NCBI GenBank assembly: GCA_051362555.1
Contig: CM120647.1
Coordinates: forward strand, 4,340,001 to 4,404,000
DNA length: 64,000 nt
From: Lingula anatina
Lineage: Eukaryota > Animalia > Brachiopoda
Direction of reading: 5' to 3'
In this document: positions 26,549-39,303 of the stretch, one piece after another
Layout of the letters: every line of letters starts with the position of its first letter
How positions within the stretch are numbered: position 1 is the stretch's first letter
Notes under the pieces: model-generated
Databases searched by the model: none
What the model saw: only the letters and a program-made list of their open reading frames with translations
Told to the model about the DNA's origin: nothing
Translations under genes and position numbers: made by a program

Positions 26549-27550
26549 CAGAAAGGCGGACAGGGAGAGAGAGAGAGACCGTGTGTGCTTTTGTATGTTT
26601 ATGAAAGAGAGAGTTAGCAAGTTGGAAGAGGGAGAGAAAAAGAGATTAACTTACTTCTATTGTCAATCATGTCAATGTAACCTTTTACGGTGCATTCAGC
26701 TCAAACTCTCTCACCACATCAGTGGCAAACGTCAAAGCACCAAGCCGGGTCCCATCAGGGGCAATGGCACTATGCCTATCGATTAATTCAGCAATCACCT
26801 GAGAAATAAAGGCAAGCGTGACTTCAATACATTCAATGTATACAAAACGATTAGATGATGGCATATTAATAATACATAAAACCACACGTGTAAATCTAAT
26901 GGTGCCAAACCAAAAACATTCATTTTCACAGATTATATAAATGGGGCTATATCACGCTTTGTAAACTGTGCATCATAACACAAGCGGAGAGTGAGACTGG
27001 GTTCTTATCTAAGCCACTTAAGTTGACTGCAATTTAGCGATAATCCCCTCGGAGAAAGAACAATTCACAGTTAGCACGATAGGGCCTGGGAATGGTCCCT
27101 AAGCCTGCCTTAGGAGAACCGTTCTAATCCCACAATGACTATTTAATTGCGCAATATATGGCAACAATTTCAACATGCATTATCTGAAGAAAAAATAAAA
27201 ATGGGCTAATGGTCGACATATATATTTTTCATAACGTATGAATAAAAATAATAAAACACATTAGAAATAGCCCATAGTAAAATCACTGACAAGCGGGAAC
27301 GGGAAATCAGCACCCGTTAAAGTAAAACTAAGTTTCTTAAGCTGTTATTTACATCTTAAATCCAAAGTAAAACTGTGTTCTCTGGATAATTACTTTACCA
27401 TATTGAATTCAACGTTATCAAAGGAACTCCTTAGTTGCAACTACCTTAGTTGCATGTTTCTGCGCCGTAAACTCAGTATCAATAATGCTCGAACTGCTGT
27501 CCACTGCTTCTTTAAAGTACTCAGGAACTCGCTTGCCGTCGCTGATATCA
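25703..27550 (-). pseudogene. Inverted VWA paralog, copy 4 (pseudogene)
   Basis: Exon homologs are 27550-27445 (106 nt vs 170), 26798-26655 (144 vs 160, early TAA), 26449-26295 (155 vs 156) and 25857-25703 (155 vs 161, in frame). That gives three frameshifting deletions. Exon 1 was not found in the window. Confidence 0.85.
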
Positions 27551-27626
27551 CTTGTTAATAGTAAAATAAATTATGGTAATGCATATTTACATTACAGATA
27601 TCATATATCATATGTATATATCATAT

Positions 27627-30557
27627 TGACCCATTAGAGCCTGCGTCATCAAAACAAGCGGCAGCCATGTTGGAGGGAGACCGGAATCGTCTGCTGCGCA
27701 TGATTATGTCTAGTATTTAATTTCTGTATTTTCTTTGATATTTAACCGAGTAAAATGATGAATTACTGCAGGGTATATGATAGAAAGAAGATAACTAACT
27801 TTACAAGCGTTCACAGACTGCCTGCAGTGGTAACGACGACAGTGGTAAGGGACGAAAACCGTAAACGTAGGAGAGACCTAGAAGTGGCTTTAAATCAAAA
27901 CTCATCGGACAAGTAAAGGATAAAACTAATTTATTGTACAACAAAGAATGAAGACCCAGCTGTGCAGCCTTTACCATAAAAGAAAAAAAAAAGTAGAAAC
28001 CCAAAGACCGAGGTGTACAAGTTTGGAGCGCACGTACACTGCACATAAGTATTGCCCAAAAAGTTTGGGTGAAGAGTGTTGTAAAAACGTGTGGAAATAC
28101 CCAGGCAGGGTTTCGACTTTCATTATGAAGACTCACTTATTGCCTTGGGTGTAATTTGTTATCAGTTATGGTGCTCCCCGGACTTTATCGGCTGTCATTT
28201 ACCTCTTAAATACCTGGTTAGCGTTATTGTCAATTAGTGTCAAGGCTACAGTACAATGTACATTTGTACACAGCTCAGCTGGGCCAATTAAATCAATTAC
28301 CTGTGTTAAGTGTATTTGTAAGTTAGTAGCTTGATTTTAGATTTGGTGTATTGTGAAAAGTAAATCTATTTTGTAAGTATATATATTGTAACTCAGGTAT
28401 CATTTAATTGACATATAACCTAATGAAATGAATTTGAAATATGTTAAACTCTGTGTTTTCTAACTGTATTATGTTGCAAGTTACAATATGAATAAAAATA
28501 ACTATTGTTACCCGTTTTTGTTAATTTACATTTGGGGAATTGATCTGACATTTTCCCACCAAGCTGCACTGAATAATTGGGTGCAAGTATATCTTGATTA
28601 TATATATATATAAAAAGAAAAGCTTTTGATGAAAGGTACAAAAGGCAGCTACAGTGTGGATGACACACAAGGTAGAAGGCGCAAAAAATATTCTTATATC
28701 TTTGTGACCAGCTGAGGAGACAGGATCTGAACATCAGGAGAGTGAATCTCAGTGCATGACAGGAGTTATTCAATTTGGATTTGTTTGAAGCGGCACACAG
28801 AACTGAATATATAACACTGAAAGGACAGTTCTCATTTGTAGAAGGAATTTTGAAAAAATGACCATTGAGTTCTGAATTTTACTGGTTTTCCTAACTTTTC
28901 TCTTTGAATGATTTTTTGAAGAGAATTGATCTGCCAAGCATTTTTATTGATTCTTTACTCCAAATGTTTATCATATTTCTGTATAAATCAAGAATCATTC
29001 TGCCATGCATGTTAATTGCAAGTGACTTTAAATTGCAATCTCATCCTTTTCAAAATTTTTGCTCACATTGATTGGTAAAGAAAATCTGTACCCAAAGTCA
29101 ATGTGCAGTGTTCATTTGTTGTTTTGAAGTTGTTATCCTGATAGCTTGCACACAACTCGGATAGGCATTCTATTTATAAATTTAAAATTGTGAGCAGAAG
29201 CACAAGAAGTAATGAAAACACTTTTTCTTTCTCATATTTTTAAAGGCTAAATGGAAAAGTTTACTAGAAATATAAAATTTTGCATGGTGCACCTTTCACA
29301 GATGGTCTGATATGCAGAAACAGATGGCTGTCCTTAACCAACAAAATATTTAACTCTTGTAGGTTGCGCATTTTTTAAAATTGTGACCACCAGTTGTGGA
29401 TTCTCGTAAATAAAATTTCCAACGGTTTAGAAAAAGCATCTAGGGTCTTATATGTACATACCCACACACAATTATTGCACACAGCACATATCAGTTGTGA
29501 GTCTTCAATCAAGCACTTCACTACACATAGATTAAAAATATACTAAACAGGTTTCTCAAATAATGGTGACTTAATTCGACTTCTTAAGCCCATGCAATTG
29601 ATGTACATTGTACTACATGTTGCACTGCATCATTAAAACTATGTAAATATTTTCCATGTCAGTGTTATCAACTGTAAGGAAAGGGCCCCTGATAATCTGC
29701 CATTGAATTGCACAACAATGTCAACAAATGCATTTTGCTTCCTTTGATTTATACAAAATGTGCATTTTCCAATATTTTTAAGCAAATGGTTGCAGAAATG
29801 AAGATCAATTCATGAACTGATCACTTTTTGTTATTTTACATTGGATATCATAAATTTATAAGTTTGCAAATTGCCTTGCTTCTGTGACTGTCTGAACTAA
29901 TAATAAAATGCTAACAATATTGCTTATGTTATTGATTGAATTCATGGTAAAATATTGAACTCTCAAACAACAGTCTTGTAACATGTACTTCCTAATGAAC
30001 CAAAATGAAGTACGGGGATGCTGAAATAATTTCTGACAGCTTCATGATGTACAGTTAAATAATATATCTGACAGCAATATTTCTTGTCATAAGACAACCC
30101 TGCATACATTCCTCTTGAGTCTGTGAGGGTTGATCCCGATGATCAGCTCAAATTTCTCCTTCTATCTATCCTTTATGTAAAAAGTTGTTTCTATGAAAGA
30201 TTAAAATTATGATTACACATTAAACTCTCTCAAACTATAAATGTTATAACCCAATGAACAAGAAAAATGAAGTACAAGATAACTGAACTAGCTTCTGACA
30301 ATTCCACGATGTTGGGATAAGTCAGGATTTCAGGTCTTTAGACTGTCTTGAGTTTATATGGGTCAATCACGCTGATCAGCTGAAGTTTCCGCATGTATAT
30401 ATACTTTTCCTTTTGGTGTACTTGATCACGATATGAAGTTTATTTTATTTTATTTGGTTCGCCTATATTTACGCTACTATTCCCCGTCGTTCTTTCCCTC
30501 CAGCATGGCCGCCAGACTAGTGTTACGGAGCAAATGTGACGTCACTGTAATGGGTCA
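27627..30557. mobile_element. ISL2EU-like (PIF/Harbinger group) deletion derivative
   Basis: Inverted ends tattgacccatta / taatgggtcaata (AT flanks if the ends are 27627/30557) plus an inverted subterminal gccatg(t/c)tggaggga. A THAP-like remnant on + from 27755 reads MMNYCRVY..HRLPAVV..RRR. A remnant of a second convergent gene on - at ~30420-30270 reads YMRKLQLISVIDPY..YPNIV. Confidence 0.65.
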
Positions 30558-30571
30558 ATACATATAAATAT

Positions 30572-30830
30572 ACAGACTTGACATTTAATATGGAATATTT
30601 CAGTTTCGAAGGTATGCCTGGGTAACAGTGCGTTCTTTTTTCAAAAAAACTCCGATCTCATATAAGATATATGAACGAAGCAGTGTGTAGTCAGGTGTGT
30701 CGCTACCGATTAACTGACTACCAAGTGTGTTGCCCTGCTGCATTATGTAATATGCAGTGATTTAATTGGGTGATGCTCCTTTGACCTGGTCAAAGCTAGG
30801 CTTTTTAGTATCCGGCACATCATATTTGTT
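30572..30830 (+). mobile_element. Single terminal fragment of the cagacttgac Tc1 family
   Basis: tacagacttgacatttaatatggaatatttcagtttcgaaggtat... is the reverse complement of ~40700-40953. Confidence 0.8.
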
Positions 30831-32602
30831 ATTGTAAGTGAACATAAATTTTTCATTTTTTTCAGTGGGGATGCCATATAATGCTATAAAACATGCTGTG
30901 GCTCTAGCATTATATTGGGCATGCCCGGTAAAGGGGACTGGATAACACAAAATGTTTCATTGTGATCAGATCTGACTTAAATGACAGGAAAATTGACAAA
31001 AGAAAGTGTTAAAATGGAAAACCTTTAAGTTGATATTTGAAAAAAAAAGCATTGCATTTTATTGACAATTATACACAAATACAACAAATAAACACAAAAA
31101 ATCACAGGCTATCTAGGACAGACCCTATCCTTAGTTCAGATTTTACCGTTGATAAAGCAAAATGATGTTTTGGTTTCATGAAAATCTGCAATTAGGGGCT
31201 CCTAATTTCAAACCAGCACAAAGATACATGTAAATGCATTATTAAATAATAAGATGCAGGAAATGATCATTTTTGGAATTTGGATGATAATAAAGGGTTA
31301 GAACATCCTTATAGGTGTCTTGGGTAGAAGTGGGCGAAGAAAAGATATTCACAAATGAGACTGGTCTCGCATGTTCCGATAGAGGAAGTTCTGCGTTAAA
31401 AAACTTGTTCGTCATCATCATCGTTCGCCCAAGGGCGGAATAGGAGCGGCAGCAACAACACGTTTAGACCATAGTTGTTTCTCTCTTATTGTTGAAAAGA
31501 TCTCATTTGTTTGCAGACCAGTTTCATTTATGATAGTACCAAAGTAAGTTACATATATATACATAGAGAGAGAAAGAGAGGACAGAGGAATACAATTGCA
31601 CTATATAACATGTAGGGTGTAGGGAGGGAGAACATGCTTGTTCTTAATTGTCATTATACACTTGGGGTTAGGGAAAATGAGAGAAATAATTCGTTTGAAG
31701 TCTGCAGGGGGGAAGGGGACGGTCCGAATAGCTCTCTCTGGATCAGTCAATGTTCTAGAACATCAATGCCGTGCAGAAATCAAGTGTTTGATGGGGCATG
31801 CTCCTTAATAGAGGTCAGCTGAGTGGTGTCGTCAATTCTGTGCACAACTTCTCGTACACAAAAGTGCACACAATACGCAATATTGTGAATAGCAACTACA
31901 GCCTGGACGCACGGTTTTATGTCCCGGCTAGGACATAGCGAGAATACATGTCGAAAGACATGTCGAAAAGTTTATGCGTGCTGTTTGCGTCCTCAAAAAT
32001 ACGCATGATGGACGTGCTCCTCACGCATAAACTCCCTCGTTTTCCCCATTTTTTTTTTTTTTTGCCGTAGACCACACGTAGCAACCCGTACGTTCGGTTT
32101 GGGCCTAACAATCTGTGTCCCTGGCAGAGATTGGATGAGACGGAAGTAATTTGAGTGCACATCTATCGCAATCTAGGTCACAGAAACTCCATATTCGGGG
32201 ATATTCGATCAACTCCGTTATCTAATCTACGTACGCTGAGACACGAAATCACCCGAGGTTGACCGAGTTATAGACTTACCATTTTCCACATGAAACGCCA
32301 GTCCTTTTAAGAGTGGTGTGCCTTGTCGGGTGGCTTCAAAATCCACCTCTGATACATTTAGCTGCTCATTGGGTCTGTCCCCGCCAAATTAACCGGAGGT
32401 CCGTCGATTGGTGAAGAATTTCAGAATATTAAAAACCACCCGACCACGGGGAGCATCGTACCACACGCAGTTTTGGATTGTGACCTAGGGATCATTTATG
32501 ATTTTTTAAAACTATATATTTGCTCTTTGAGGAGAGGTATGTAAAAGGGGGATTTAAGGTCTTGATCAGCTTTGCGACGAACACAGTGATTCTTGTTTAC
32601 AC

Positions 32603-34262
32603 GGAAAAGTGTAATCTGGATATGCGATGTTGTCCTTTTCTATTAATGCGACGCTCCGCAAAGAAAAATATGCGTTTTGAAACAACATCCTATAGAGTTA
32701 AACCCGTTTCAGGGATGCAATCATGGCACTTTTCATTTTTGGAGATGTATTTGAAATGGTGCATTTCGAATATGTCATTGAAAGTATCCAATTTATTTGA
32801 AACAACCGACTGAGAGGAACAACCCACTGGAACATGCGTTTTAGATATACCTGTACAGTGATGATTCCATGACATTATCGTTATGAAACAAATGGGAATA
32901 AAACGATCATTGAAAGAAACATGCATTAAACAGGAGAGTATCCTAAAGCTTTCCTCTACGGTGCTCTCGTCTCTTTGTTCAATCACGGAAGCTAAAGGGG
33001 CGTAAAAAATACTTGATAACTTATTTCATCTAAAATTTGTTTCCTCAATTAAGCATATGCGACTGAGCGTTCTTACAATAAGACTTTGAGTTAAATTCTG
33101 CGTCAGTTTGCATCCTTTGAAATCTGTAATGACTGGAAGATCATGTCAAGGGCCAACAACTAATCGATATTTCATTTCGGGATTGGTTTTGTTACCAACA
33201 CGGTCATTTCCTGCATTATTATTGAAAGCTCATTGATATCAAATCACCTCAGTATTGCTCCAAACGGAACAATGAAGAGGAAGCGTTCACAAAAACTGTA
33301 ACTCTTTAGTGAAGTGCAAGAGACAATAAAACTATCAGTCTAGTATACATGATTCATGTTGTAATTTGCCTATGTCGTATGTTATTCTAGGATTGATGTC
33401 CAGTAATGATGAGAATAGCAGAGGCCCGTGAAGGAAAATTCATAAAAAATAAGCAGGCGTGAAAAAATTGCAATTCCTAGTGCTAAATTGTATTAAATGG
33501 AAAAGTAGATATAACATAAGCTTCCATGGCTGTCATATTTACCTCTTAATGGGGTTTGACAAAATGGACTACCCGCAATCGTGTGCGTTCGGCTATCATT
33601 GTTTTTGTGTGAAATGTTTTCTTTTTTTCGAGAATGGCGCCTGATAACATAATACGTTGAGGTCGTATACCTACTTGGTATTTCTGTGCACCATTGGACG
33701 GCGACATACCCCAAACCCGTTCTTACGATAACAGTTGTGGTTCTAAAGAGGAGAATAGTCGAGCAAAATGTTCCTTCTATAGTTGACAAAGATTAGTTTT
33801 TTTTTTTTAAAGTTTAAGATCTAATATGGAATTTAGAATGTCAAATTTTGATTTGAAATCATTTAGAAACGCTCTGAAAATTGTAATCTGGATATGCAAT
33901 GTTTTCCCTTCCTATTAATGCGACGCACCGCAAGTCAAATACGTTTTGAAACATCATCCTATAGAGATCAACCCTTTTAGGGATGCAAACATAACATTTT
34001 TCATTTTGTGGAGATGTATTTGAAATGATGCATTTTGAAAATGTCCGACTGAGAAGAACAACCCACTGGAACATGCGTTTTATATATACAGTGATGATTC
34101 CATGTCATTATATGAAACAAATGGCAATAAAACGATCATTGAAAGAAACATGCATTAACCAGGAGAGCATCATAAAGCTTTCCTATACGGGGCTCACGTC
34201 TCTTTGTTCAATCACGGAAGCTAAAGGGGCGTAAAAAACACTTGATAACTTATATTTCATCT
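32603..34262 (+). repeat. ~400-bp direct repeat pair (32603-33030 and 33876-34262)
   Basis: Both copies share tgtaatctggatatgc...ggagatgtatttgaaatg...caatcacggaagctaaaggggcgtaaaaaa. Confidence 0.85.
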
Positions 34263-35362
34263 TATATTTCATTGAAATCGGTCCATAACTTTTTAAGCTA
34301 TGTTGAACTCTCATGGCCCCGAAACTGAACTTTTTTTACCTGTTGTACATGATAAAAATTATCATGTGCTGTTATTCCATGACTATTTATCATTGCAACA
34401 AAATTGGCAATATGGCCTATTTTCTCCATCTGTTTTTTCTGCTTTTTGTCCGTACATTTAACAGCTTTGCTTCCTTGATTAAAGTTTTCTTATGCAAAGA
34501 GCAATTTGTCTGAACCCGGGAGGGCCCGCATTTATTTCTGTGACGCTGGCTTTTAGCTTGCACTGACATGTGTAACTGACCACACGGGAACCTACATGTC
34601 GATTCGAACTCCTGGTTTGCCATTGCCATTTTGAATCGTGGTTGTTCAGTTTTGTAACCGTGCATACTACTGACTGCACTTTTGACACCCACCTACCCCC
34701 CTCCGAATGCGCGAGTTTTCTCTTTTATAAATCAAACGAGACTTTCAGAAACTATACAACATTGGTCAAAAAGGTTGTCCCACCCCCATTTCCATGTACT
34801 TTTATTAACAAATGATCACCTCACAGCTGTAAACTGTTAGAAATAGTGCTTTTTATTACGGATACCGTGTCTAACATGATTAATGGTTAAACAAAATACA
34901 AAATAGTGGTGAACATATGTGACGGCCAGATGTGTCCGACAGACCAGATATGACCTACGACCAGAGAAGGCCAGATATGTCTGACAAAAAAGTGCCAGAT
35001 GTGTCCGACAGGCCAGATATGTCCGTCAAAAAAAAAAAGAGCCAGATATGTCTGACAGGCCAGATATGTCTGACAGAAATATAAAGATGGGTAAGTACAG
35101 AAAGAGAGCTGTAGACCCCTGGATAAATCTTAACCTGTTTTGTAACAATGTTAGTGTCGAATTGTTACTGATTAACAGATTTAATATCAAGAGACAATGC
35201 TTCATTCATAGCAGTGTAACTGAGGCGGGTAGATACTTCCATTAATATTTTCAAAACATATTTATTTATCCTAGAGTGAATATTTAAATGGACATAAAAG
35301 GGTGACAATAGCAAGAGGATGAGAGGTAATATCAATGAGGAAGTTCACAGATTATTCAGTAA

Positions 35363-35586
35363 AACCCCCTTTACACTGGGGCGGCGTCCTTTCTGCGTCC
35401 TTTGTGCGACCACGAAACTTTTATCACTGTGGTCGTAAAAAGGAGGCACAAGCATCTCTTTGGTTGAAAAAATGAATATTAGGTGATCGGCCAGGTGTCA
35501 GAAAGTAAAGTATTATAATTTTGTACTCTCAAACGAATCCGCACTACAGAACGCAGAAAGGACGCCCGTCCAGTGTAAAGGGGCCC
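35363..35586. mobile_element. PIF/Harbinger-type MITE
   Basis: TIRs ccctttacactgg..gcgtcctttctgcgt / acgcagaaaggacgcccgtccagtgtaaaggggccc with TAA on both sides. Confidence 0.75.
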
Positions 35587-36306
35587 TAAGGAAGATTGGC
35601 TTTTAACACAACAGATTGCCAATTATTTTTCTTGATTATCAATGTTAAATTAAGTGCTCTGCATGATTCTGTAGTTGAGGAGAATGAAGAAGAACTTGTT
35701 AGCTTTGAAGTGGAGAGAGGTCAAATAAGGGAACAAATGAAAAGGAGTTTGAATGCATTTATAGAAACGCTGTGAACTGTATACATTGTACATAAAACTG
35801 CGATATTTTGCAACACCAGGGTATTTTGTGTTTGTGGTATTTTTGATTTTTTGAATAGATATTTATCATGTATTGTAATATTATAAGATAGAAATTAAGG
35901 TTCACAACTAATGTTTTGCAGTTTCGTATATATTGCTTTATTATAGTTTTGTAATTTCTTATAATTTTTCATCCGAAACAACAATAAACCATTTAGAAAC
36001 ATTTATATTTTCTAGAGATTTATTGAAGTCATTGTATTTCTGTTTTAAAGGACATCGAAAGAAGAAGTGTTGACAAGTTTTGGACTTTCTACACGGAGAG
36101 TTAGGGGACTTTAAAGATAAACAATTTTGCAATTGTAGTTGATATTCAAATAATACGTTTACTCGAGCGCGATTATGGTATTTTTCTTGCGTTCTAACAA
36201 GTTTTAGGCTGGTAGTATAATTAGATCGAGCAAAAAGTTGTTGAGTGCTGCAACACTTGAGATGTATTTATCTTCAAAGTTGACACTGTTCTAACTCAGT
36301 AAGAGG

Positions 36307-36501
36307 GAGCTTCCACCAGACGAAGCAGCCAAGGTCGGAGTGTTTTTATATCAAAGACAGCATTCGTATGCGGAAATGGCGACCACCTGAACCGCCACCT
36401 GACGAAGTGTGGCGTGTGGTTCACCAGATAGTGGTTCCAATGGTTTATCGTGGGAACATGACACACCAATGGCAGGTTATTTAGGCATTAATACGATGTA
36501 A
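36307..36501 (+). mobile_element. Fragment of a Gypsy LTR-retrotransposon pol (integrase zinc-finger region), frameshifted
   Basis: Translates as CFYIKDSIRMRKWRPPEPPPDEVWRVVHQIVVPMVYR / HDTPMAGYLGIN, resembling the region leading into the Gypsy integrase H2C2 domain. Confidence 0.7.
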
Positions 36502-36834
36502 GACTCATAACAATTTGTAGACTCCACGCAGATAGGACAAAAATAAATCATATGAGAGCAATGTATGTTTTATTTCATTTGCTGTCAAATACAGGGAGTA
36601 AAACGAGATAATTCAATAAAAGAAAAAGTTAAGTGTTTTCTATACACTCAAAATCACATGTTTTCCATTCTCTATCAATTACATACGGAGAGCATCTAAT
36701 GCTTTCAGCGCTTTGTTTCCGTTTCAATCGAATAAACTTCGTTTAAAATAAATTACATTGATGAACAATTACACGTTTCCCTATTCGGTCTTCTTAACAA
36801 AATCAGAAGTTTCAAGAATGTGAAAATAAAGTGA

Positions 36835-37190
36835 AACACAACTGGGGAGATAAAAATACTTCTTCCCTCTACCCTACATGACATAAATTATGGGATAATT
36901 TGTGTCTGTGCATAGTAAAAAACGGATGAGATAAAAACACAACGGGAAAGATAAAAATACTTCCTGCATCCACCCTACATGACATAAATTATGGGATAAT
37001 TTGTGTCTGTGCATAGTAAAAAACGGGGAAAATAAAAACACAACGGGAAGATAAAAATACTTCTTCCATCTACCCTACATGACATAAATTATGGGATAAT
37101 TTGTGCCTGTGCATAGTAAAAACGGGGGAGATAAAAACACAACGGGAAAGATAAAAATACTTCTTCCATCCACTCTACATGACATAAATT
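36835..37190 (+). repeat. ~100-bp minisatellite, about 3.5 units
   Basis: aacacaacggg..gataaaaatacttc..ctacatgacataaattatgggataatttgtg starts at 36835, 36936, 37037 and 37136. Confidence 0.9.
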
Positions 37191-37225
37191 GTGTTTGTTC
37201 CGTCAGTTACAATAGAGAACGTTAA

Positions 37226-37589
37226 CGGGACACACAATAGGATTTTGGACGCGTCTTAACAGCATGAATCGCTCTTTGTTGAACTTAGCCTACCTGAGGA
37301 GAATCAAAACTTTTAAAACATAAATTGTCAGATAGATGGCCTTAATCAATACCGTAAAAACTAATCATATTTAACGCCCCTTATTTAACCTCAGTAGTTA
37401 GCAGTCATGACAAACCCACGTTTAAGCACGTGTTTTGATTTTTCGCTTTTTTTCCAAAATTGTTGCAGAGTTATGGCGAGAGTCAGAAAAGGAGGATTAA
37501 AGGATAAAAAGTCAGAAGAAAATGCCCCCCATTCCAGGAAAATTCGTTAAAATAGGAGTTTTAGCGCCAAAATCCTATTTAGTGTACCT
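37226..37589. mobile_element. Kolobok-type MITE
   Basis: TTAA flanks; imperfect TIRs cgggacacacaataggattttgg / ccaaaatcctatttagtgtacct. Confidence 0.65.
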
Positions 37590-37753
37590 TTAAATATATC
37601 TTGTGTAAATGAATATATGAAATTTTTAAGGTAGCAATATACAACGTGAATATCTCCTTAAACGAACAAGTTGTCCCAAAATCCCATATATCTACAGAAA
37701 ACTTATTTCAACAAACAAATACACTCCTTCCCGCCATTATGGAACGGGGACTG

Positions 37754-38474
37754 ATATAATGGAGTATTTTGCCACCGGAATCTCTTACAAGAATAACGTT
37801 GTAAAAATTGTGATAATCTGTATAGAGGAGTTAATTGTTTTTGAACGACTTTAGTTTGCTTGTCACTGAATTTTGAAAACACCCTACCTATAGTAAAATA
37901 AGCATTAAATAAACTATTTTCTATTTGTGGTCTAAATATTGTTTCAGATTTGTCAAAATATCATGGAATCACAATATAAATTTTCAGTCAGAATTATTGA
38001 CCCATTGTTTTGACCCCTTTACCATACCGAGTATTTTTTATTTTGTAATAAATTTTTTTCAAAAAAGCGTCTGTTTTATCTTATTCTATATATTAAATCA
38101 TTTATATACATATGCTCCTACAATAATGATTTTAAGTAGAATGTTTACGTCATCCCATCGGTGATTGCAATGCGATGAACGTTGGACTTGTTATCGTAGT
38201 AAAACGTGAGACTAGTGACCCAGATTTTGCATTGGGTGAAATAAGGCCAGCTTCATTCATTCATTCATATATGCAGATTTACGTCCAATTGCGTCCTATG
38301 ATTGGACAATGCGTCCTGAGCACCGCCATGCTTTACCCTACGCGTTGTATCCTTGCATTACTTAGTGCAGTTGTTTGAAACTGAGCACCGTTTATTTATA
38401 ATTATTTATTTATAATTGTGCAGCTTTCGTGGAAGGAACTCTGCGGATTCCGGTGGCAAAATACTCCATTATAT
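37754..38474. mobile_element. Non-autonomous TIR element, superfamily unclear
   Basis: Perfect 29-bp TIR atataatggagtattttgccaccggaatc. An internal segment ~37830-38005 recurs inverted at ~38600-38790. Confidence 0.75.
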
Positions 38475-39222
38475 TAGCTCTGAATCGACCTTCCACTCAA
38501 GGGGCTTTGCGTCATGACTAATACAATGTAACGTATGTTCCGCAAAAAATTCTTACAAAGTTTCATCTTACCCAAGTACTTGCTGCAATATAGGAAACAG
38601 GGCTTACTGTTGCTGACTGAAAATTTATATTGTGATATTTTGATATTTTGACAAATCTGAAACAATATTTAGACCATAAATGGAAAATACTTTATTTAAT
38701 GCTTATTTTACCGTAGGTAGGGTGTATTTTCCGGGTATTTTTAAAATTCATTGACAAGCAAACTAAAGTTGCTCAAAAATTATGTAAGTGACGATCTCAA
38801 AAGGATGTTAGCGCAAAAAAAAAAAAAAAAAAAAAATTCTGGTCAAAATGACACTTTCATTTTTTTTGTACAAACGGCGTTCCAAAGCCGTCAGCTTCCG
38901 TTTGCCAATGTTATGTCAGTGTCCCATCTATATTTCTAACAATTTCACGGATAAATCAATGACTGTGTACATAAACAAACCCCTGTTACTCACCAGCATG
39001 TATCCACCTACAAGGGTAGTCGGCTCCTTGTTGTGCTCTGTGAACTGCCGCTAGAGGACGCTACGAGCGCTGTTACGCGACTCTTTTTTTAATAAATGAA
39101 TTCCCACAAAATGACATTTCATGTTGACTTTATTATAATCGTACTTTATTGGGGAAAAAAAGATTCATATATTGACCTTGTTCATGCACGATGCATTTTA
39201 GCATGCTGGAAAGAAAATTGTC

Positions 39223-39276
<54 letters not shown>

Positions 39277-39303
39277 TTTATTTATAGTCTAAAATCCAAC
39301 ATA

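Noticed and set aside
32603-34262. Direct repeats as LTRs of a small retroelement
   Set aside because: No clear TG...CA ends, PBS, PPT or TSD were seen.
36835-37190. Regularly spaced repeats as a CRISPR array
   Set aside because: Whole ~100-bp units repeat, so there are no unique spacers.
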